Assembly: GCA_028700115.1 (NCBI GenBank)
Contig: JAQVTI010000004.1
Location: forward strand, 1-32,000
Source: Candidatus Iainarchaeum sp.
GTDB taxonomy: Archaea > Iainarchaeota > Iainarchaeia > Iainarchaeales > CSSED10-239
DNA: 32,000 nt
Reading direction: 5' to 3'
The position numbers were made by a program, and so were the translations under genes. Each line of letters starts with the position of its first letter. Positions within the stretch are counted from its first letter, which is position 1. Shown piece after piece: positions 25,226-32,000 of this stretch. Below the pieces are notes generated by a model. It searched no databases and was not told the DNA's origin. It saw only the letters and a program-made list of their open reading frames with translations.

Positions 25226-26548
25226 TTATATATCAAATATATCTCCTACTTTTGGGGCTATATTTTCTATTTTTTTCTTATTAATTTCTTTTCTAAATTC
25301 TTCAATAGTTTTTGAATCTCCATGAACACATATTATTTTTTTTGGTTTAACAATATCTATTAATTCAAAAAGTTCTTTTTGATCTAGATGTGCAGATATA
25401 CTTACGTGTTTTATTTGGCAATTTATTTTATATAATTCTTTATCTATATATAATTTTCCAGTTTTTAAAAGTCTATCTCCATTTGTTCCATCAACTTGAT
25501 ATCCTGTAAGTATTAATTTGTTATCTTTATTATTTCCAAATTCTTTTAAATAAAGCATAACAGGTCCACCTTCTAACATTCCAGCAGTAGTAATAATTAT
25601 TGCAGGTTCTGGGGTTCTTAAAATATCTTTTCTTGTTCTATGATTTGTTATTAATTCAGTTCTATCTAATGCTTTTTTAAAACTTTTTAAATCATTTAAA
25701 TATTCTTTATGATCTGCAAATATTCTACTTGCTTTTATCCCCATTCCATCTACATATATTGGCGCATTTATTTTATATTTATCTAATAAAGCAATTAATT
25801 CTTGTGTTCTTTCAATTGCAAAAGCAGCTAAAATTACTTTGTGACCATTTTCTATGGTTTCTTTTATTTCAGAAATTAATTCTTTTTCTAAATTTTCTCT
25901 TGATTTGTGATTTTTATTACCATAAGTTGATTCTGTAATTAATATATCTACTTGTGGGAGATTTCTATCAAATCCTTTAAATAAAGTTGATTTTTCTGAT
26001 CTTATATCTCCAGTATACATTATTTTTTTACCTTCTGTTTCTAAAATAGAGATAACACTTCCTGAGATATGTCCTGCATCATAAAATGTTAATCTAGAAT
26101 ATTTTGATATTTCTATTGTTTCTCTTAAATTTAAATAAAATGCAGCTTTATTTGCAAATTTAATTTCATCTTTATTAAATGGTGGTTCTTTGTCATCATA
26201 TTTTGCAATTTTTAAAGTATCAAGCCATAATAAATTAGATAATTCTAAAGTAGCTTCTGTTAAAAAAAGATTTGGATCTCCTTTTTTATATAGAGAAGGT
26301 ATATCTCCAGAATGATCTAAATGTGCATGACTTAAAATTACTGCATCTAAATGTTCTTTTATTTTTAGAGGTTCTTCTGTATATTCTTCTTCGATTTTAT
26401 ATTTTTCTGATAAATTTTTATTTTTTTGGTTTTTAAATTTAGGATGTAATTTAAGACCATAATCAAAAAGTATATTTTCATTATCTGTTTTTATAAGAAT
26501 ACCACTTCTTCCTACTTCTTGACCAGCACCAAGGCATTTTAATTTCAT
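25226..26548 (-). CDS. metallo-beta-lactamase / beta-CASP family ribonuclease (KH-less, aCPSF2-like)
   Basis: MKLKCLGAGQEVGRSGILI. MBL motif ILSHAHLDHSGDIP. DAGHISGS. ITESTYG. Beta-CASP motifs SISAHLDQKEL and ICVHGD. Length 440 aa. Confidence 0.85.
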   Translation of the reverse strand: MKLKCLGAGQEVGRSGILIKTDNENILFDYGLKLHPKFKNQKNKNLSEKYKIEEEYTEEPLKIKEHLDAVILSHAHLDHSGDIPSLYKKGDPNLFLTEATLELSNLLWLDTLKIAKYDDKEPPFNKDEIKFANKAAFYLNLRETIEISKYSRLTFYDAGHISGSVISILETEGKKIMYTGDIRSEKSTLFKGFDRNLPQVDILITESTYGNKNHKSRENLEKELISEIKETIENGHKVILAAFAIERTQELIALLDKYKINAPIYVDGMGIKASRIFADHKEYLNDLKSFKKALDRTELITNHRTRKDILRTPEPAIIITTAGMLEGGPVMLYLKEFGNNKDNKLILTGYQVDGTNGDRLLKTGKLYIDKELYKINCQIKHVSISAHLDQKELFELIDIVKPKKIICVHGDSKTIEEFRKEINKKKIENIAPKVGDIFDI

Positions 26549-26798
26549 TTGAAATCACTTCCATTTTTATATTTATAATTATTAATATATTTAATTTATT
26601 TTTTTAATTTATTTTTAAAAATTTAATTTATTATAATAATTTTTAGATTTTAATTTATTATAATTATAGTTTATAATAATATATTATTAGTTTATTTTTT
26701 ATTAATTATATTTATATTTTTAATATATATTCTAAAAGCAAAGTTAATAAATATCTATGTGTATATTATATTTATAATATTTGAATATGTGTATATAT

Positions 26799-27422
26799 AT
26801 GGCTTTTTTAAATTTGAAAGACTCTTTTGATTTTTTAAATAAAAATAATATTAATACTTTAGCTTATACATTAATTTCTTCTAAAAAAGATTTAAAAAAT
26901 TTTAAAGAATATCCATATGTTTTAAAATTAAGTTCTTCTTTATTACATAAAACTGAAAAAAAAGTTGTTTTTGTTAATTTAAATAATAAAAAAGATTTAG
27001 AAAATTCATATGATTCTTTAAAAAAAGTAATTTTTAATGAAAAAATTAAAAAATATGATATTTTATTACAAAAACAAATTCCTGGAATAGAAATAATTAT
27101 TGGTATAAAAGAAGATAAACAATTTGGGAAAGTTATTTTGTTTGGTTTTGGTGGTATATTTACAGAAGTTTTTAAAGATTCTTCAATTAAAATTTTACCT
27201 ATTTCTAAAAAGGATTTAAATTTTTTATTTTCAGAAACTAAAATTGGGTCTATTTTAGAAAAAGGTTTTAGAAATAAAAAATATCCTATTAAAGAACTTA
27301 AAGAAATGATTTATAATATTTCAAATCTTGCAATTAAATATAATATTAAAGAATTAGATATAAATCCATTAATAATTAATGAAAATGGTTTATATATTGT
27401 AGATTCTAGAATATTATTATAA
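26799..27422 (+). CDS. ATP-grasp domain protein resembling the beta subunit/domain of ADP-forming acetyl-CoA synthetase (ACD)
   Basis: LQKQIPGIEIIIGIKEDKQFGKVILFGFGGIFTEVFKDSSIKILPISKKD and IKELDINPLIINENG match the ATP-grasp_5-type pattern. The ATG at 26799 is preferred over the TTG at 26781. No alpha subunit is present in the window. Confidence 0.55.
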   Translation: MAFLNLKDSFDFLNKNNINTLAYTLISSKKDLKNFKEYPYVLKLSSSLLHKTEKKVVFVNLNNKKDLENSYDSLKKVIFNEKIKKYDILLQKQIPGIEIIIGIKEDKQFGKVILFGFGGIFTEVFKDSSIKILPISKKDLNFLFSETKIGSILEKGFRNKKYPIKELKEMIYNISNLAIKYNIKELDINPLIINENGLYIVDSRILL

Positions 27423-27804
27423 ATTTAATAATTATTTGTTATAATTTAATTTATTTTTTTAAATAATTATTAAAGATGTTTTTGTTTTTATTTATTTTTT
27501 AAAATTTATCTTTGTTTTTTAAGAATATTTAATTAATTTATTTTTAGTTAATCTTGAAAAAAAAGATTATATTTATAAAAAATTTTTAGAAAATCTAAAA
27601 TAAAATTGTAAACTAATTTATTTAATAAAATTAATTTAGTTAATTTATAAAAGTATTTTTTAAATTTAAAACTAAAATTTAGAAAATATTTTCTAATTTT
27701 TTTGATATTTTTTTTGTTTTTGTTGTTTTATTTAAATATAATAATTTTGGTAAAGTAGTAAAAAATATAAAAGAAACGATATATAATTATTATATAAATT
27801 AAAT

Positions 27805-28728
27805 ATGGTAAAAAATATGCTTTATAATTTAGATATGCATACTCATTTAGGACCAAAAAAAGGGTCTGCAAAAACTTATTGGAAATATATAAAAAAATCT
27901 AATTTAATTGGAACAGCTATTACTGAATATAATTATTTAAATCCAAAAAAAGCATATTATGATTTATTAGTTAGAAAACCAAAAGGAATGATTTTAATTC
28001 CTGGAATTAAAATTAAAACAGATTCTGGCGAGGTTTTAATTTATTCCCCAGATGATGATATTTATAATTATAGTTTATTATATGAAGATAATGTGTCTTT
28101 AAAAAGATTAATAGATTTTGCAAATAAAAAAAATTATCTAATTTCTATTGCCCACCCATTTGGATTAATATCTAATTCTGCATCATATATTTTAGGTTTA
28201 GATAAATTAGAAAAATTAATTAAAGATAAAAAAATTGGTGTTGAAGCATATACTGGAACAATTGGTTATTTATATTATTATTTATATGATTCTTTCTTTT
28301 TAAGAAAAATAAGATCTATTTTAGATTTTTTAGAAATAAAATCTTTTTTTAAAACAATTAAATTATCTAAATTAAGTGAATTTTTTACACATAAATTAGA
28401 TCAAAAAAGTTATGATGTTGTATATAGATTTGAAGCAGCAATTAAACTTGGAAAAATTGCAAGTTATGTAACTGCTGGTTCAGGTAGTTATACTTTAGAT
28501 GGTATTGGAAGTGGTATCTTAACTATGGATATACCTAAATACATTCTTGAAGAAACAGATTATATTAAACAAAACAAAGATTTATTAAATAAAATAAGTA
28601 AGAAAAAAATAAAAGCTGTTGGACCTCCTGGGAAATATGATGATGATTTATTTCAGAGATCTACTGCTAGAAAAACAAAAATTAGAGCCTATAAAGATTT
28701 AATGTATCTTACAGAAAGATCTGTTTGA
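27805..28728 (+). CDS. PHP-domain metal-dependent phosphoesterase family protein
   Basis: N-terminal LDMHTHLGP (PHP motif I D-x-H-x-H). GTAITEYN. SIAHPFG. Family-level call only. Confidence 0.55.
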   Translation: MVKNMLYNLDMHTHLGPKKGSAKTYWKYIKKSNLIGTAITEYNYLNPKKAYYDLLVRKPKGMILIPGIKIKTDSGEVLIYSPDDDIYNYSLLYEDNVSLKRLIDFANKKNYLISIAHPFGLISNSASYILGLDKLEKLIKDKKIGVEAYTGTIGYLYYYLYDSFFLRKIRSILDFLEIKSFFKTIKLSKLSEFFTHKLDQKSYDVVYRFEAAIKLGKIASYVTAGSGSYTLDGIGSGILTMDIPKYILEETDYIKQNKDLLNKISKKKIKAVGPPGKYDDDLFQRSTARKTKIRAYKDLMYLTERSV

Positions 28729-28737
28729 TTATTAAAT

Positions 28738-29421
28738 TTATTTTCCAAAATTTCTTTTAATATTTTTAAAATTTTTAATAATTTTATCTATATCTTTATT
28801 ATTTATTTCTGGCCATAATTTTTTAAGAAAAACTAATTCTGAATAAATACATTCATATGTTAAAAATCCTGAAAGTCTTTTATAATTTCCGGTTCTTACT
28901 ATAATTTCAGGATCTATAAAATTTTTGTCATAAAGATATTTTGTAAAATTTTCTAAAGTTACTTTTTTAATATTTTTAGATATTATTTTATTTACTGCAT
29001 CAATTATTTCTTGTCTTCCACCATATCCAATACATAAATAAACTGTTAGTCTTGCATTTTTTTTTTTATTTTCAATTTCTTTTAATTTTTTTTCTAATTT
29101 TTTTGGAATTATATTATAATTTCCTAATATTTTTATATTAATATCATAATTTTTAAATTTATCTTTAACATAAAATTTATCATCAAAAACTTTTACTAAA
29201 TAATCTATTTCGTCTTTATTTCTATTTATATTTTCTGTAGATAATAAATAATAGCTAATTTGTTTAATTTCAGGATATTTATTATAGATATAAATTGAGT
29301 TTTCAATTACTTTATCTGCTCCTTTTGAATATCCTTTATATAAATTAAATATTTTTTTTTTTGCAAATCTTCTATTTCCATCTGCAATAAAACCAATAGA
29401 ATTTATTTTATTTTTCTCCAT
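28738..29421 (-). CDS. uppS: cis-prenyltransferase (undecaprenyl/di-trans,poly-cis-polyprenyl diphosphate synthase)
   Basis: IGFIADGNRRFAKK (DGNRR motif). CIGYGGRQEIIDAV. VRTGNYKRLSGFLTYE (equivalent of the RTSGE-R-SNFLLWQ motif). Confidence 0.85.
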   Translation of the reverse strand: MEKNKINSIGFIADGNRRFAKKKIFNLYKGYSKGADKVIENSIYIYNKYPEIKQISYYLLSTENINRNKDEIDYLVKVFDDKFYVKDKFKNYDINIKILGNYNIIPKKLEKKLKEIENKKKNARLTVYLCIGYGGRQEIIDAVNKIISKNIKKVTLENFTKYLYDKNFIDPEIIVRTGNYKRLSGFLTYECIYSELVFLKKLWPEINNKDIDKIIKNFKNIKRNFGK

Positions 29422-29502
29422 AATTAATTCCTTTAAAAATTGTAAAATATAAAATATTTATAATCTATTATATTTATAATTGTTTTGTATATTTTTATAA
29501 AT

Positions 29503-30234
29503 ATGAATTTATTATATTTACCAATAATTATTATAACTATATTAATTTTAATAATAATTTCTATTCAAGATATTAAAAAAAGAGAAATTAATATATTTTA
29601 TTTAATTTTTTTAGTGATTTTTAGTATTATTTATTTATGGGTTTTTATTTTTAAAAATGATTTAAATTTATGGTATTCTTATTTTTATCAATTAATAATT
29701 ATTTTTGTATTTTTATTAATAATTTTTATATTAGGTAAACTAAGTAAATTTATATATATTGGAGAAGGAGATTTATATACTTTATTTGCATTAAGTTTTA
29801 CAAATATTTTCACTGAATTTTATATTTTAAGTATAATTATTTTATCTTTATTTATAACATTATTAATACCTTTATTTTTATTTATATATAATTTATCTAC
29901 ATTTAATTTTCCAAAAAAACATGGTTTTTTTAAATCTATTATTTTAATGTTTTTAGGAATTAATATAAATATTAAAAAATTAAATAACTTTTATTATTCT
30001 TTAGAAAAATTTTCCTTTAAAAATAATAAATTAAAATATATTATTTCTTTAAAACCAAATATATCTCCTGATAAAGAAATTAAACAATTAAAAGCTTTTT
30101 CTAAAATACATAATATTAAGACAATATGGGTTTCTCCTTTAGTTCCTTTTGTAGTATCTATTACTTTAGCATATATTTTTATGTTTATTTTATCTTTTTA
30201 TAATATTTTTAATATATTTATTTTCTTTTTATAG
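29503..30234 (+). CDS. A24-family prepilin/preflagellin peptidase (FlaK/PibD/EppA-like)
   Basis: Polytopic membrane protein with the two aspartyl motifs ISIQDIKKREIN and YIGEGDLYTLFAL (GxGD-type). The ATG at 29503 is preferred over the TTG at 29485. It lies next to a FlaI-family ATPase gene. Confidence 0.7.
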   Translation: MNLLYLPIIIITILILIIISIQDIKKREINIFYLIFLVIFSIIYLWVFIFKNDLNLWYSYFYQLIIIFVFLLIIFILGKLSKFIYIGEGDLYTLFALSFTNIFTEFYILSIIILSLFITLLIPLFLFIYNLSTFNFPKKHGFFKSIILMFLGININIKKLNNFYYSLEKFSFKNNKLKYIISLKPNISPDKEIKQLKAFSKIHNIKTIWVSPLVPFVVSITLAYIFMFILSFYNIFNIFIFFL

Positions 30235-30351
30235 TTTTTTTTATTTTTAATAATTATTTTTAATAAGTTTAATTATAAACAAAAAATAGATATACTTTAA
30301 AAATTTAATGATTAATCATATAATATATTTAATTTAAAAATATATTTTAAT

Positions 30352-32000
30352 ATGGGTATTTTAGAAAAAATAGATATTATAGATAAAAGAAATTCAATAT
30401 CTACTAAAGATAATGTATCTAAATTATCTTTATTTGATAATATCTCAGAAAAGGATAGAAAAGTATATTCTATGGACTATACTATAATTAAACCTTTATC
30501 AAAATTAGATGTTATTAATAAAAGTAATTTAGAAGTATCTTTAAAAAAAGATAATATTAATAATTATAATTTACCATTAGTTATTCCTTCTGAAAAAATA
30601 ATTTTTTCTAATAATTTACCATTAGTTATTCCTTCTGAAAAAATTGGTTTCTTAAATTCTAATTTTAAAGAATATATTAGTGTTTATAATAAATCTTTAA
30701 GTAAAAATAATTTTTTAAAAAAAAAAAATAAAAAAGAAAATTTAAATAATAATTATTTTATAACAGAAGAAGAACTTAAATCAAATTTAAAATCTATAGC
30801 ATATTTGTCTTTTTCTAAAGATAAATCTTCTATAAATAAGAAAACAAAATATCATTTTTCTAAAGATAATGTTGTTTCTGGAATTAATTTTGATAAAAAT
30901 AAAATTAAAGTAACAGAAGATATTGATGAGTTATTATCTGAATTAAATAAAAAGGCTTTAAATCTTGATAAAAAAGAAACTTTTTTAGAAGAATTTTCAT
31001 TTTTAGAATCTAATCCAAAAGTTAATAAAATATCTTTAGATAATTATAAAATAAAACATCTTTATTCTAAAATAGACCAAATTTATGAGAATATGGATAA
31101 CTTAAATGTATTAGATCAAAGTTCTTTTTCTAAAAAAAATTTTATTAAAAATGATTTAAAAGATAAAAAAACAAATATAGAATCTAAAATAGGTATTTTT
31201 GAAGAAATTAAAGTCCCAGATATTTTTGTAATAAAAGATGATTCTAATAATTTAGAAGAAGTAATATCAAATGAATTTTCTAGTTATGAAAAGGATATTT
31301 CAAAAAAATCTACTATTCCTTTTTTTATATCTAAAGATAATGTATTAGATTTATCTGATGTTGTTTATAATTATATAAATAATTCTAAAAAAAATGCTTT
31401 TAATGATCCATCTAAAAAAATAAATATAAATTTAATATATAATAAAGCATTAAAAGATGATAATTATCTAAAAAATTTACTTTTAAATACAAAAAATACA
31501 ACACAAATAAATAAAGAAAATGAAACTTTAAAAAATATTGAAAATAAATCAAAATTTTCTAAAAAGTCATTATTTAAAAATAATATTTTTAAAAAAGACA
31601 AATCTTTACAAGTTAATTTAAATGATTCTAATAAAAATTTAAATAATAAAAATTTAAATAATAAAAATTTAAATAATAAAAATAGATCTCAAAAATCAAA
31701 TTATAAATTAAAGCCAAAATCAAATATAGATTATATTTTGCCAGTAAATGATTCTTCAAAAAATTTTGTAGTTAATAATTTTGAAAAGTCTATATCTCAA
31801 GATTTAATTTATTCTTTACCAATAAAAAATATAGATTTTTCTCAAAATAAAATTTATGAAAAATATTCTTTAGATGATTTTACTTTTGTAAATATTTATT
31901 TTGATAATTCTATAGGGCTTGTATATGATTTAATACAGCCAGAACTTAATAATAATCAACAAAAGTTATTTAATCAAATAAAAGATATGTTTTATAATAA
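30352..32000 (+). CDS. 3'-partial gene: long N/K/S-rich low-complexity region followed by the N-terminal signature of an archaeal type IV pilus/archaellum (FlaI/GspE-family) ATPase
   Basis: This ORF is not in the supplied track because it runs off the window. I translated 549 codons from the ATG at 30352 without a stop. An in-frame TAA lies at 30313-30315 upstream. The last 45 codons read YSLDDFTFVNIYFDNSIGLVYDLIQPELNNNQQKLFNQIKDMFYN. This parallels the FlaI N-terminal block as I remember it (Y-x-V-DDF-x-Y-I-x-I ... Y-x-V-I-EP ... E-x-EEIE-x-KF). Confidence 0.55.
   Translation, partial: MGILEKIDIIDKRNSISTKDNVSKLSLFDNISEKDRKVYSMDYTIIKPLSKLDVINKSNLEVSLKKDNINNYNLPLVIPSEKIIFSNNLPLVIPSEKIGFLNSNFKEYISVYNKSLSKNNFLKKKNKKENLNNNYFITEEELKSNLKSIAYLSFSKDKSSINKKTKYHFSKDNVVSGINFDKNKIKVTEDIDELLSELNKKALNLDKKETFLEEFSFLESNPKVNKISLDNYKIKHLYSKIDQIYENMDNLNVLDQSSFSKKNFIKNDLKDKKTNIESKIGIFEEIKVPDIFVIKDDSNNLEEVISNEFSSYEKDISKKSTIPFFISKDNVLDLSDVVYNYINNSKKNAFNDPSKKININLIYNKALKDDNYLKNLLLNTKNTTQINKENETLKNIENKSKFSKKSLFKNNIFKKDKSLQVNLNDSNKNLNNKNLNNKNLNNKNRSQKSNYKLKPKSNIDYILPVNDSSKNFVVNNFEKSISQDLIYSLPIKNIDFSQNKIYEKYSLDDFTFVNIYFDNSIGLVYDLIQPELNNNQQKLFNQIKDMFYN

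Noticed and set aside
3215-25938. Fourteen short ORFs in the supplied track that lie antisense to, or out of frame inside, longer genes: 3215-3427, 4586-4792, 4953-5216, 11194-11406, 14013-14351, 15264-15497, 17149-17334, 19859-20164, 20500-20718, 21262-21489, 22572-22763, 23861-24091, 25124-25315 and 25729-25938.
   Set aside because: Each is fully or largely embedded in a much longer ORF with clear family motifs. Their translations are low-complexity (F/I/L/S-rich) mirror images of K/E/N-rich genes. None has a convincing RBS. 21262-21489 would also run into the tRNA gene.
26549-27804. Recurrent TAATTTATT-type motifs and inverted repeats in the long spacers. Examples are the 18-bp perfect palindrome TTAGAAAATATTTTCTAA at 27679-27696, TTTTAGA-AAA-TCTAAAA at 27584-27600, and TAATCTT...AAGATTA at 27549-27569.
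   Set aside because: The sequence here is almost a two-letter (A/T) alphabet. In that setting 7-9-bp inverted arms and short recurring words are expected by chance several times per window. There is no G/C-containing specificity and no phasing. They could still be operators, but there is not enough evidence to claim that.
49-29485. TTG/GTG start positions used by the ORF track (49, 1661, 3219, 9541, 10943, 12769, 17189, 20778, 26781, 29485).
   Set aside because: In each case an ATG a few codons downstream gives an N-terminus typical for the family or signal peptide (for example MQLKELIIKNFKSF for SMC, MKKNVNS for the signal peptide). For ORF 1 the frame is open to the window edge. I therefore report the ATG starts, or a partial gene for ORF 1. 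The exact starts remain unverified.

Overview
This is an extremely AT-rich, tightly packed prokaryotic window. The gene content points to a small-genome archaeon, probably DPANN-like (inference only, no search was possible). Supporting genes are an NMD3-like protein, a KH-less beta-CASP RNase, an ADP-forming acetyl-CoA-synthetase-type ATP-grasp subunit, and a FlaK/PibD-type prepilin peptidase next to a FlaI-family ATPase; promoters show TTTATATA-type TATA boxes. The left third (1-10.9 kb) looks like a defence island. It holds a 5'-partial membrane protein, an AlbA_2/Schlafen-like protein and an unknown 222-aa protein. These are followed by a complete Type I R-M operon (hsdM-hsdS-hsdR), whose hsdR is followed after 11 nt by two tiny genes (a PUA/EVE-like protein and a Zn-ribbon PD-(D/E)xK-like protein), and by a convergent HEPN-motif gene. 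At 10.9-12.7 kb, one odd gene is bracketed by perfect 45-bp direct repeats that carry a TATA box. It encodes a signal peptide, two duplicated 9-Cys modules, a TM helix, a coiled coil and a C-terminal HNH_3 nuclease. SMC and two surface-protein genes follow (12.8-19 kb), written in a visibly different codon dialect. Next come a coiled-coil gene split by a single in-frame TAA, adk, tRNA-Arg(CCU), a 50-aa acidic-tail ORF and a 20-bp tandem array of palindromic TATA-like units upstream of trkH-trkA. The window ends with NMD3-like and beta-CASP RNase genes, an orphan ATP-grasp subunit, a PHP phosphoesterase, uppS, a prepilin peptidase and a 3'-partial FlaI-family ATPase gene with about 500 codons of low-complexity N-terminal extension. 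No CRISPR array, rRNA, transposase or integrase was seen. All functional calls rest on motifs read by eye.
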